This document shows, piece after piece, positions 28,887 to 38,525 of a stretch of DNA of 64,000 nucleotides. A program made the position numbers and the translations under genes. A model generated the notes under the pieces. That model saw only the letters and a program-made list of their open reading frames with translations. It did not search any database and was not told where the DNA came from. The stretch comes from Candidatus Spongiisociaceae bacterium (GTDB lineage: Bacteria; Actinomycetota; Acidimicrobiia; Spongiisociales; Spongiisociaceae), in contig OZ253564.1 in assembly GCA_965262915.1 (NCBI GenBank), positions 832,001 to 896,000 of the forward strand. Direction: 5' to 3'. Position 1 is the first letter of the stretch; each line of letters opens with the position of its first letter.

Positions 28887-29492
28887 TTAGCCCCGGGTGT
28901 AATCGCGCCGGTCCTGTATGCACATGTAGTCGCGGACATCGAGCCAGTGGCACCAGAGACTGCGAGCATCGATAGCCAGGCGACTCGAGGGGCGATGCGC
29001 ACTTGACCAAGCGCCAACTTCCACCCGGGCTGCTTCCAGATCCACAACGGCCTCGAGCGCCGGCGTGAGGTCGGTATCTGCCGAAATCAGGATCCCCACT
29101 TCGTAGTCTTGTCGAACAGCCATGAGCACGAAGTCGACCGCGAGTGCAACGTCGACACCTTTTTCCTTGGGCTTCTTTTTCGGCCAGCCGGCCGGATATC
29201 GTAGGGGTCGAGCAACAACCTCGATCGCTTCTGACTTTGACCAAGCGGCAATATGCCGCAGGCATGCCCCGTGGCCCTTGGGGTCCTTAGTCGAGTCTGG
29301 AATCCCTCTATACATGCGGACGCCGACGAGCTTTCGGTCGAATGGACTGCGCCGGACTATCAACTGACCTAGCGCGAGCGGATCAATCTGCCCCTCCCAG
29401 TGCGGAATCGCCCACGGGGATGGATGGAACGCCTGCCGGGCGGACATGTAGACGTTCTGGTAGTCGACGAAAACTACAACCCGATCAACCAT
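28887..29492 (-). CDS. NYN/LabA-DUF88 (PIN-like) nuclease domain protein
   Basis: VFVDYQN, EKGVDVALAVD, ISADTDLTPALE. Confidence 0.9.
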   Translation of the reverse strand: MVDRVVVFVDYQNVYMSARQAFHPSPWAIPHWEGQIDPLALGQLIVRRSPFDRKLVGVRMYRGIPDSTKDPKGHGACLRHIAAWSKSEAIEVVARPLRYPAGWPKKKPKEKGVDVALAVDFVLMAVRQDYEVGILISADTDLTPALEAVVDLEAARVEVGAWSSAHRPSSRLAIDARSLWCHWLDVRDYMCIQDRRDYTRG

Positions 29493-29536
29493 TGGCAGTC
29501 TCCGGTAGCCGCCGGTGTTCGTTGGCTCATAGATAA

Positions 29537-29615
29537 TCCCCGCCAGTCCGGGTCTGGCGACCGGGACGGCGGGGAGCATTGAGGTCAAACTACCAGTCCC
29601 CTTCCTACATGCCAA
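29537..29615 (-). promoter_or_regulatory. NYN promoter and 5' leader hairpin
   Basis: Minus strand TTGGCA-N17-TAGTTT (29615-29587), followed by the hairpin TCCCCGCC-GTCCCGG...CCGGAC-T-GGCGGGGA (29575-29537). Confidence 0.6.
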
Positions 29616-29738
29616 CTCAAATATCCGGGTTACGCACGTCAGGAGACACCATCGCCCAGGAGGGCAGCCATGGGCCAGGGGCCGGGCCGGATCGGGTAGC
29701 AGCGGCGGGGCTCCGGGTATCGGTGTAGTGTGCCCGTC

Positions 29739-31760
29739 ATGACTGATTGGCTCGAAGAAAGACCCGGCCCGGCCCGAACCAGGCCCAATGTCCGTATCCC
29801 CATGCGCGATGGCGTCGAGTTGTCAGCCGACCTGTTCTACCCCGAGTCGGACGATCCCGCTCCGGTGATCATCAAGTACTACCCGTACCGCAAGGACGAC
29901 ATGCTGCGGGCTCTGACCGTGTACCGCGCCAACTACTTTGCCGCCCACGGTTACATAACCGCCCTGCTCGACGTGCGCGGTACAGGCTCCTCAGCGGGCG
30001 TGTGCGACCGGATGCTGCGCCTGCAGGAGTGGGAGGACGGCTACGACGCGGTGGAGTGGCTGGCCGCCCAGCCGCGGTGCACCGGCTCGGTGGCGATGAC
30101 CGGGGTCTCGTACGGCGGTTTCTCGGCCCTGCTCACCGCCGCCCAGGCACCACCCAGCCTCAAGGCCATCGCTCCGATCTACGCCGGCTGGGACTGCTAC
30201 GAGAACAGCCACCAGGGCGGGATGTGGCAGACCTCCATCTGGACGGGGGCCTACAACGCCATGATGATCGCCTTGTCCGGAGCACCCCCGGCCGCCGATC
30301 CGGAGGGTGCCTGGATGGAGATCTGGGAGGAGCACCTCGCGAACAACAAGCCCTGGCTCGACACCTGGCTGCACAACCAGGTGGACGGACCCGTGTGGCA
30401 CGAGGGCTCGGTGCGCTACGGGCTGGAGAACATCCAGGCTGCCACGTTCGTCATCGGCGGCTGGCACGACATCTTCGTCTCCGACCCGTTCTACATGTAC
30501 ATGAACCTGAATCGGGACGTGCCCAAGAAGCTGATGATGGGCCCCTACCTGCACATAGCTCCCGATATCGGAGCCCCCGGGGAGCGTGTCGACCATCTGC
30601 ACGAGATCGTGCGGTGGTTCGACCAGTACCTGAAGGACGAGGACACCGGCATCGCTGAGGAGCCGCCCATCAACATGTGGGTGCGCTCCTACGACCGCCC
30701 CCAGGCGCGGAGGGAAGGGTCCAACGGCTACTGGCGCTCCGAGGCGGAGTGGCCGCTCGCGCGGGCGACGGACGACACGCTCTTCCTGCATCCCGGCGGG
30801 CGACTGCGTGACGAGGCCCTGGCGAGCGGCGAAGGTGGAAGTGTCTCCTATGCCTACGACCCGGCGGTCGGTGTCTCGACGATGGGCTTGATAACCGGAT
30901 TCGGCGCCGACGTCGGCCTGCCCCTCGATCAGCGTCGGGACGCCGCGGGCTCGGAGGTGTTCATCGGCGAGCCGCTCGAAGCGGATGTCGAGGTGACCGG
31001 CTTCCCCGAAGCGACCCTCTACGTGTCGTCGACGGCCGAGGTCACCGCCTTCTCGGTCAAGTTGATCGACGTCCATCCCGACGGTCCGTGGGCCTTGGTG
31101 TCCAGGATCATCCAGAACGCCGCCCAGCGGAACTCACGGACCGATCCTGAACCCCTCGTGCCGGGCGAGGTAACCGAGCTCACGATCGAGTTGGAGGCCG
31201 CCTCCTATTTGTTCAAGGCCGGCCATCGGATGGGGATCATGATCTCGAGCTCGGAATTCCCGCTGCTATGGCCATTGCCGCAGGACGCCACCAACACCAT
31301 TCACATGGACGTGGCTCACCCCTCTCGGGTGAGCATCCCGGTCATACGCCGGTCCGACTCCGGCCTGGCGCCGCCCGACTACCAGCCGGCTCACCCGGTC
31401 GATCTACCGGGGTCCGCAGAGCCATTGCGCTGGGACCTGGTGGAGGACCTCGCCGGTACCGAGGTCAGTGTGGTGGTCTCGATGGGCGGGGACGCCACCA
31501 ACGACAATGGTGCTCGGGTCTACAGCCATGTGGACTTCAGAGTGACCACCGACCGGGCCAACCCGGCCAACTCGAGAGTCGAAGCCGGTTACCGCTTCGA
31601 CGTGAACCACGGCGCCTCCACGACCGAGGTGAAGAGCACCGGCCGCGTCGAGGGGAGTGCTGACGCCTTCCACGCCGTCACTGCACTGGAGGTCCGCACC
31701 GACGGGATGCCCTGTTTCTCCCGGACCTGGCACGGTTCGGTCCCGAGAGGATTCCTGTGA
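29739..31760 (+). CDS. CocE/NonD family serine hydrolase
   Basis: IPMRDGVELSADL, YYPYRKD, DVRGTGSS, GVSYGG, GGWHD, MGPYLH. Confidence 0.93.
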   Translation: MTDWLEERPGPARTRPNVRIPMRDGVELSADLFYPESDDPAPVIIKYYPYRKDDMLRALTVYRANYFAAHGYITALLDVRGTGSSAGVCDRMLRLQEWEDGYDAVEWLAAQPRCTGSVAMTGVSYGGFSALLTAAQAPPSLKAIAPIYAGWDCYENSHQGGMWQTSIWTGAYNAMMIALSGAPPAADPEGAWMEIWEEHLANNKPWLDTWLHNQVDGPVWHEGSVRYGLENIQAATFVIGGWHDIFVSDPFYMYMNLNRDVPKKLMMGPYLHIAPDIGAPGERVDHLHEIVRWFDQYLKDEDTGIAEEPPINMWVRSYDRPQARREGSNGYWRSEAEWPLARATDDTLFLHPGGRLRDEALASGEGGSVSYAYDPAVGVSTMGLITGFGADVGLPLDQRRDAAGSEVFIGEPLEADVEVTGFPEATLYVSSTAEVTAFSVKLIDVHPDGPWALVSRIIQNAAQRNSRTDPEPLVPGEVTELTIELEAASYLFKAGHRMGIMISSSEFPLLWPLPQDATNTIHMDVAHPSRVSIPVIRRSDSGLAPPDYQPAHPVDLPGSAEPLRWDLVEDLAGTEVSVVVSMGGDATNDNGARVYSHVDFRVTTDRANPANSRVEAGYRFDVNHGASTTEVKSTGRVEGSADAFHAVTALEVRTDGMPCFSRTWHGSVPRGFL

Positions 31761-33142
31761 GCCACGACAAGGCCTACGAATCGGCGATCGGGCATGACCG
31801 CTCCCATGTGATCCACCCGTTCAGCCAGCTGGCCACCACCGAGGTGACCCCCGACGACATGTACGTGGGAGGCGCCGGGTGCTACCTGCAGGACGCCCAC
31901 GGCAACCGGCTCTTCGACGCCAACGCCGGCCTCTGGTGCGTCAACATCGGTTACGGCCGGGAGGAGATGGTGGAAGCCATCCGGGACCAGGCAGCCCGGA
32001 TGAGCTACGGGCAGATATTCGCCCGCAACGCCAACCTGCCTTCCGCCCAGCTGGCGGCCCGGATCGCGGGCTTGGCCCCGGCCGGCCTCGACAAAGTCTT
32101 TTTCAGCACCGGAGGGTCGATCGCCAACGAGACGGCGGTACGGACCGCCCACCACTACTTCCGGCTCCAGGGCCGGGACAGCAAGCGGTTCGTCCTCAGC
32201 GTCGACCAGTCGTTCCACGGGTCCAGCTACCTGGCGGCATCGCTGACCTTCTCGGGCAACTACCACGAGACGTTCCATGTGGTGGATGTGGTCCGCAAGA
32301 TCACCTCGCCCTACCCCTACCGCGCCCCGGACGGGCTGGAAGGGGACGACTTCGTCGACTATCTGGTGGACGACCTTGGACAGGTCATTACCCGCCTGGG
32401 CGCGGACAACATCGCCTGCTTCATCCTGGAGCCGGTGTTGGGGGCCGGTGGGGTGATAGTGCCGCCCGACGGCTACCACGCCCGGATGGTGGAGGTCTGC
32501 CGGGCCAACGACATCTTCGTGATCGCCGACGAGGTCGTAACGGGGTTCGGCCGCTTGGGCCACTTCATGGCGGCCGAGCCGGTGTTCGGGATGGAAGCCG
32601 ACATGGTGACCCTGGGGAAGGGGATCAGTTCGGCATACCAGCCGCTGGCCGCCACGCTCGTGTCGAACCGCATCCACGAGGTCATCAGCGCCTCCAAAGA
32701 CCCTGATCAGATCTACGCCCACGGGTTCACCCACTCGGGCCATCCTGTGTGTTGCGCGGCCGGTCTCGCCAACATCGACATCATGGAGCGGGAGGACATC
32801 TGCGGCCACGTCACCCGGGTCGGAGCAGGGTTCCAGGCCCGGCTACGTGACCTCTACGACTCTCCCCTGGTGGGCGAAGTACGGGGCATGGGGTTCATGG
32901 CCTGCGTCGAGTTGGTACAGGACCGGACCACCAAGGCGCTATTCCATTCCGATGTGGGGATATCCGGCCGGGTCGAGACCTACTGCCGGGGCCAGGGCCT
33001 GATCGTGCGACCCCTCCGCCAGCACATCATCCTGTCACCCCCGCTGGTGATGACCGCCGACCAGGGTGAATGGGTAGTTGAGGTGATCCATCGCAGCCTG
33101 GAGCGGGTGGAGTCCGACCTGCGGGCCGACGGTCTGCTCTGA
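31757..33142 (+). CDS. Class III aminotransferase
   Basis: IHPFS, DANAGLWCVNIGYGR, SFHGS, EPVLGAGG, DEVVTGFGR, LGKGISSAY, HGFTHSGHP; 4-nt overlap with the CocE gene. Confidence 0.93.
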   Translation: MSHDKAYESAIGHDRSHVIHPFSQLATTEVTPDDMYVGGAGCYLQDAHGNRLFDANAGLWCVNIGYGREEMVEAIRDQAARMSYGQIFARNANLPSAQLAARIAGLAPAGLDKVFFSTGGSIANETAVRTAHHYFRLQGRDSKRFVLSVDQSFHGSSYLAASLTFSGNYHETFHVVDVVRKITSPYPYRAPDGLEGDDFVDYLVDDLGQVITRLGADNIACFILEPVLGAGGVIVPPDGYHARMVEVCRANDIFVIADEVVTGFGRLGHFMAAEPVFGMEADMVTLGKGISSAYQPLAATLVSNRIHEVISASKDPDQIYAHGFTHSGHPVCCAAGLANIDIMEREDICGHVTRVGAGFQARLRDLYDSPLVGEVRGMGFMACVELVQDRTTKALFHSDVGISGRVETYCRGQGLIVRPLRQHIILSPPLVMTADQGEWVVEVIHRSLERVESDLRADGLL

Positions 33143-33305
33143 CACCAACGCCGGGATTGGATCCATCGCCGTCCGGTAGATCTCACGCCGATGCCTAGGA
33201 AGGTCCGGTAAGACGGTGGGGAGCAACGGCCCGTCTTCTTCTTAACAGGCATTATGTCATCGACCGACGGGTCGTGAAGGGGTCTTGCACCACCCTCCTG
33301 GCTCC

Positions 33306-34403
33306 GTGATCCGGGCCGCGGTATTGCGGGACTCCGGCCCCGAACTGCATCTCGAGGAGCTGCACCTGGCCGATCCGGGACCCGGCGAGGTACGGGTTCG
33401 GATCGCGGCGGCGGCCATCTGCGGGAGCGACGTCGCCTACATAGACGGCAAGTGGGAATCACCGAGGCCTGCCGTGTTCGGACACGAGGCCGCCGGAGTG
33501 ATAGACGCGTTGGGTCCGGGGGTCGAGGAACCTGGCATCGGGGACCGGGTGGCGGTCACGCTGGTGCGGCATTGCGGATCGTGCCGCTACTGCACCCGTG
33601 GGGACTTGGTCGCCTGCGTGGGCAGGTTCTCGCTGGACGAGCACAGCCCCCTTCTCGACTCGTCGGGTGCGGAGGTGTACCACGGACTTCGGGTGGCTGC
33701 GTTCGCGTCGGCGGTGGTGGTTCACCACTCGCAGGCCGTTCCCGTCCGACCCGAGATCGGCCTGGACTTGGCTGCCTTGCTCTCCTGCGGCGTGCTGACC
33801 GGTGTAGGGGCCGTGCTCAACACTGCTGCAGTGCGGTCCGGTTCGCATGTGGTGGTATTCGGTTGCGGAGGGGTGGGGCTCAACGTGGTGCAAGGAGCCG
33901 ACCTCGCCGGCGCGGCGACGGTGACCGTCGTCGACCCGGACCAACGCAAGTTGGTGGCGGCTTGCCGCTTCGGCGCAACCGCCGCGGTCGGTGCCGAGGA
34001 CGATATCGAGGCTGCCGTATGCGCGGCCACCCGGGGAGCGATGGCGGACTACGTGTTCGTGGCTACCTCATCGGTCGCCGCGGTGGAGGCGGGGTTTGAA
34101 GTGCTGGCGCCGATGGGGGCGCTGGTGTTGGTGGGGATACCTCCGACCGGGGTCACGGCGAGCCTGGATGTGGGCGCGGTGGCGGGCTTCAACCAGCGGG
34201 TTCTCGGCTCGAAGATGGGTTCGTGCCGGCCGGCCGACGATATCCCCAAGCTGGCCGCTCTCTACAACAGTGGCCGGATCGAGTTGGATGGTTTGATAAG
34301 CGGTCGTTACCGGTTAGAAGACATCGATGAGGCTATCGAATCGACCCGCCGCGGCGACGCGCTGCGAAACTTGGTGATCATGACGGAAGGGTTGATCGAG
34401 TGA
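33306..34403 (+). CDS. Zinc-binding alcohol dehydrogenase (MDR)
   Basis: ICGSD, GHEAAG, CGSCRYC, LSCGVLTG, GCGGVG. Confidence 0.92.
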   Translation: MIRAAVLRDSGPELHLEELHLADPGPGEVRVRIAAAAICGSDVAYIDGKWESPRPAVFGHEAAGVIDALGPGVEEPGIGDRVAVTLVRHCGSCRYCTRGDLVACVGRFSLDEHSPLLDSSGAEVYHGLRVAAFASAVVVHHSQAVPVRPEIGLDLAALLSCGVLTGVGAVLNTAAVRSGSHVVVFGCGGVGLNVVQGADLAGAATVTVVDPDQRKLVAACRFGATAAVGAEDDIEAAVCAATRGAMADYVFVATSSVAAVEAGFEVLAPMGALVLVGIPPTGVTASLDVGAVAGFNQRVLGSKMGSCRPADDIPKLAALYNSGRIELDGLISGRYRLEDIDEAIESTRRGDALRNLVIMTEGLIE

Positions 34404-35614
34404 AGATCGCCGACATGGAGACGTTCGTGGTGGCCAACCCGCCGCCGGGCTTCGGCGGTCGCTACTTCGTGTTCGTCAAGCTCACCACCGACGACGGGAT
34501 AGTCGGCTACGGCGAGCACTACGGGGCCATGTTCAGGCCGCCGGTGGTCGAGGCGATGCTGGCGGATGTCGCCGAGGCGCTGCTGATCGGAGAGGATCCG
34601 TTCCGGATCGAGATCTTCTTCCGCCGGGCCTACGGACGGGGTTTTACGGCTCGGCCCGACGTGTCGATGGCCGGAGTGGTCAGCGCACTGGAGATGGCGT
34701 GCTGGGACATCATCGGCAAGGCCCTGGACAAGCCGGTCCATGCCCTGCTCGGCGGGCAGGTCCGGGACGCCGTGCGTTCCTACACCTATCTCTACCCCGA
34801 ATCGGGGGACGAGGGTGACGTGTACCTCGATCCCGATCTGGCTGCAGGTCGCGCCGCGGAGTACGTCGAACAGGGCTTCACGGCGGTGAAGTTCGATCCG
34901 GCGGGACCCTACTCGTCGATGGGCGGTTACCAGCCGCACCTGGAGCGGATCTACCTGTCGGTGCGCTTCTGCGCGGCGATTCGTGAAGCTGTCGGCACCC
35001 GCGCCGACATACTCTTCGGTACCCACGGGCAGTTCACGCCCGCCGGCGCCATCCGTCTCGCCACCAGGCTCGAGCCCTTCGATCCCCTGTGGTTCGAGGA
35101 ACCGGTCCCTCCCGACGCCATCGCCGGAATGGCACGGGTCCGGAGCCACACCTCGATCCCCATCGCCGCCGGTGAGCGGCTCGTTAACAAGGTCGAGTTC
35201 GCCCAACTGGTAGCGGCAGCCGCGGTCGACATCGTGCAGCCCGACCTGGGCCGGTGCGGAGGCCTGCTGGAAGGCAAGAAGATCGCCTCGATAGCGGAAG
35301 CTCATGGTGTGCAGGTGGCGCCGCATTGCTACAGCGGGCCTATCGTCGGCGCTGCCAACCTGCAACTGGCCGCCTGCACACCGAACCTCCTGATCCTCGA
35401 GGCGATCAAGGACTGGGGCGGTTTCCACGCCCAGTTGCTGAAGGAGCCCCTGCGGTTGGAGGACGGTCACACGGTCGTTCCGTCCACTCCCGGTCTGGGG
35501 GTGGAACTCGACGAGGATGTTGCCCGAGCACACGCCTTCGAAGGGGAGGAGCTCCATCTCGAGATGGAGGACGACCCGGTCGACTACCGCGATCGCCGCT
35601 GGGCCGGCCGCTGA
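34400..35614 (+). CDS. Mandelate racemase/muconate lactonizing enzyme (enolase superfamily) dehydratase
   Basis: KLTTDDGIVGYGE, SALEMACWDI, KFDP, FEEP, AGER, QPDL, APH, PGLGVE. Confidence 0.92.
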   Translation: MKIADMETFVVANPPPGFGGRYFVFVKLTTDDGIVGYGEHYGAMFRPPVVEAMLADVAEALLIGEDPFRIEIFFRRAYGRGFTARPDVSMAGVVSALEMACWDIIGKALDKPVHALLGGQVRDAVRSYTYLYPESGDEGDVYLDPDLAAGRAAEYVEQGFTAVKFDPAGPYSSMGGYQPHLERIYLSVRFCAAIREAVGTRADILFGTHGQFTPAGAIRLATRLEPFDPLWFEEPVPPDAIAGMARVRSHTSIPIAAGERLVNKVEFAQLVAAAAVDIVQPDLGRCGGLLEGKKIASIAEAHGVQVAPHCYSGPIVGAANLQLAACTPNLLILEAIKDWGGFHAQLLKEPLRLEDGHTVVPSTPGLGVELDEDVARAHAFEGEELHLEMEDDPVDYRDRRWAGR

Positions 35615-35627
35615 GCTTCCCGGCGTA

Positions 35628-35772
35628 AGAGGGCGCGGATAGGTGCTCACCTGGGGAAACACCGAGGTCGACGGTTGATGAGTACACGACGATGACCAGG
35701 GGTTCTTCGCGCTGAAGCCGGGTAGGGTCCATTGACAGGGGCGGCTACGGTCCGGCTATCCGCGCACCCTCT
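35628..35772. mobile_element. MITE family B, copy 1
   Basis: Ends AGAGGGCGCGGATAG / CTATCCGCGCACCCTCT; interior homologous to 53812-53958. Confidence 0.75.
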
Positions 35773-35841
35773 AATGATCCTCGCCGACCGGTGAGGTTTC
35801 AGCACCCTCCTACCGACCGCCGGCCGGCGGTCACAGATCCG

Positions 35842-36996
35842 TTACCAGTTGTCGTAGGCGTCCACCGGCCAGATATCCACCAGGGTGTCGCCGCTGACGA
35901 CGTGGAAGTAGCGGTAGAGGACGGTGGTCTGGTAGCAGTGGGGGGGCAGGATCTCCACCACGTCACCGACCTCCAAGCGGTCCTTGCCGGGATTGGCGAA
36001 CTTGACCTTCCCCATGTCGTCGCCCGCCATCTCGTAGACGGCGCCGGGAGGGCCTCCTCGCAGGATCACCGGATGTTCGATCCCGAAGATCACGTCCACT
36101 TCCTTGATGCCGGCGTCGGTGATGGCGAACTCGGGCTGACAGTTGCTGATGACGGTGGTCCGCACGAACAGGGCCGGGCCGAAGGGGCCGGGTTCGTCGC
36201 TGCGCTGCACCACGTTGTAGTAGTTGACGTCCATCAGTACGTAGGTACCGGCCTGGATCTCGGTGAACACTCCCAACTCGTGGTCGATGTCGTGGCTACC
36301 TGTTCCCCCACCGGAGACGATCTCCGGGTCGAGGCCCTCCGCCCGGAGTCGTTCTACCACCCGGACGACCGGCTCTATCACTTCCAGTCCCCGCTTACGG
36401 CGTGCCTCGAAGTCCACCGTGTTCATGTGATGGCCGGTGTATCCCTGCACGCCCGCGTATTCGAGTCCCTCGGTATCCACGATCAGGCGGGCTAGCGCGA
36501 CGGCGTCGTCCTCGTCGGCGATCCCGGTGCGGTAGCTGCCCGTCTCCAAGTCGACGAGGACCCTGATGGGGCGTCCCGACCGACGGGCGGCCTCCCCGAG
36601 TTGGCGGACGTTGGCGGCGTGGTCGGCGCACACGATGAAGCCTTCGGCCCGGGCGTTCAACTCAGCGATACGGTCCAGCTTGGGGGTGGTGACCACCGAC
36701 GTGAACAGCATCACGTCGGTGAACCCGGCATCGACAAATACCTCACACTCGGCCAGCGTGGCGCAGCAGGGCCCGCGTCCTCCCGCCTCGACCTGGCGGC
36801 GGGTTATCTCGATCGATTTGTGGATCTTGCCCACAGGGCGGACCTCGTAGTCGTGGGCCGCGGCGTGCTCGGCCAGCGAGGCGATGTTGGCGTCCATGAT
36901 GTCCACGTCGATAACGAGCGACGGGGTTCCCAGCTGGTGGCGAGATCCCGGCACGCCGATCAGGTGCTCGTTAGGTCCCCTCGTGCCTACAGTCAT
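35842..36996 (-). CDS. DSD1/D-threonine aldolase-like PLP enzyme (alanine racemase fold)
   Basis: TPSLVID, RPVGKIHK, RTGI, QGYTGH, SGGGTGS, EIQAGTYVLMD, DAGIK, PPHC. Confidence 0.88.
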   Translation of the reverse strand: MTVGTRGPNEHLIGVPGSRHQLGTPSLVIDVDIMDANIASLAEHAAAHDYEVRPVGKIHKSIEITRRQVEAGGRGPCCATLAECEVFVDAGFTDVMLFTSVVTTPKLDRIAELNARAEGFIVCADHAANVRQLGEAARRSGRPIRVLVDLETGSYRTGIADEDDAVALARLIVDTEGLEYAGVQGYTGHHMNTVDFEARRKRGLEVIEPVVRVVERLRAEGLDPEIVSGGGTGSHDIDHELGVFTEIQAGTYVLMDVNYYNVVQRSDEPGPFGPALFVRTTVISNCQPEFAITDAGIKEVDVIFGIEHPVILRGGPPGAVYEMAGDDMGKVKFANPGKDRLEVGDVVEILPPHCYQTTVLYRYFHVVSGDTLVDIWPVDAYDNW

Positions 36997-37105
36997 CTGC
37001 GACCTCCTTCCACGCCGATCTCGACGAGTATATGAACGGCCGGCTGCAGGCGGATTGCTCGATTCCGTTGGCGTCTAGGCTCGGTCCGGCGATTCGGGAG
37101 GTGGC

Positions 37106-38326
37106 ATGTTTGCTGTAGGGCTGCGATGCGTGGAGTGCCGGCTGGAGACCGATCTGGGCGGGCATTTCTTCGGGTGCCGCGAGTGCGGCGGCGCCTTGGA
37201 GACCGTCTACGACGAAGCTCGGGTAGCCGCGAGTGTCACCATCGACGAGTGGCGCGGTCGGGACGACCGGTCGATGTGGCGGTACCGGGAACTGCTGCCG
37301 GTCGCGGACCACTCGGCGGTCATCAGCCTCGGCGAGGGACGAACGCCGCTTATCCACCTTCCCGCATCTGCCGACAACCCGCTCTCGGGTATCTGGGTAC
37401 AGAACGAGACCGTCAACCCCACCTACTCCTTCAAGGACCGGTTCCACTCGTCCGCACAGTCGATGGCGCGCCAGCTCGGTTACGACCGGATCGTATGCTC
37501 CACCACCGGGAACCACGGTATGAGCGCGGCGGCCTACGCGGCAAGAGGCGGTCTCCGGTGCGTGATCCTGGTCGATCCCAGGGCGCCGGTGGTTCAGCGC
37601 CAGTGGATGCACCTGTTCGGCGCCACCGTCATCGTCGAGATGAAGCGCCAACCTCCCCTCGAGAACTTTGTGCGTAACCACGGCTGGTACCCGTCCACAT
37701 ACATGACACCCAACCCCGTAGCCACGCCGTACGGGATGGAGGGTTACAAGACCATGGCCTACGACGCCACGCTGGCGCTCGGCCGCGTACCGGACCACTT
37801 CATCGTTCCGATCGCGGCGGGGGACGGTCTGTATGGACCGTGGAAAGGGTTCGGGGAGATGGCCCGGCTGGGGTGGACCGATTCGATCCCCAAGCTGCAC
37901 GGTATCCAGCCGGTGGCGGCCAACCCGATAGTGCGGTCCTTCCGGGACGGGTCGGACACCGTCCCCTACATCCAGGATCCCGAGACCATCGCTCTCTCGA
38001 TAGGCGACCCGACCGGAGGCGCCATGACCTTGCGCGCGATCCGGGAGTCAGGAGGGCAGGCGATCGACGTCTCCGACGAGGAGATAGTCGCCGCCACCCG
38101 CTACGCGGCCACCGCCGGCCTGAGCCCGGAGCCTTCCTCGGCGGCTTCGCTGGCCGGCGCGTGGGCGCTGGCGAGGCAGGGTGCCATCGCCTCCCACGAA
38201 ACCGTAGTGTGCCTGTTTACGGGGGCCGGTCCCAAGTGGCCCGAGACCACCGATCTGCTGGTCGAGGAAGACGAGATTGTGAGCCCCGGCTCCGAATGGC
38301 TGGAGCGCCTCGCAACCGGCGTGTAG
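37106..38326 (+). CDS. Threonine synthase-like PLP enzyme (fold type II)
   Basis: N-terminal CxxC...CxxC, SMWRYRELLP, SLGEGRTPL, NPTYSFKDR, TGNHG, EGYKT, EPSSAA. Confidence 0.87.
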   Translation: MFAVGLRCVECRLETDLGGHFFGCRECGGALETVYDEARVAASVTIDEWRGRDDRSMWRYRELLPVADHSAVISLGEGRTPLIHLPASADNPLSGIWVQNETVNPTYSFKDRFHSSAQSMARQLGYDRIVCSTTGNHGMSAAAYAARGGLRCVILVDPRAPVVQRQWMHLFGATVIVEMKRQPPLENFVRNHGWYPSTYMTPNPVATPYGMEGYKTMAYDATLALGRVPDHFIVPIAAGDGLYGPWKGFGEMARLGWTDSIPKLHGIQPVAANPIVRSFRDGSDTVPYIQDPETIALSIGDPTGGAMTLRAIRESGGQAIDVSDEEIVAATRYAATAGLSPEPSSAASLAGAWALARQGAIASHETVVCLFTGAGPKWPETTDLLVEEDEIVSPGSEWLERLATGV

Positions 38327-38525
38327 GGGCCGCGTCCCGCCGTTCGGAAAACTGGTATCTGAAACTCCCCTATAGCTATGCTGAAAAGCCTTGTTATAGC
38401 CATATCGTCGCCTTCCAGGCCGGTCGCAGACACACGGAGTGATAGGGGTACGGCGACCATTGCACCGGGCTGTGGTTCTCGGCAAGGCCACGGACCGGCC
38501 CGACCCGTTAGGATGTATCACCACA

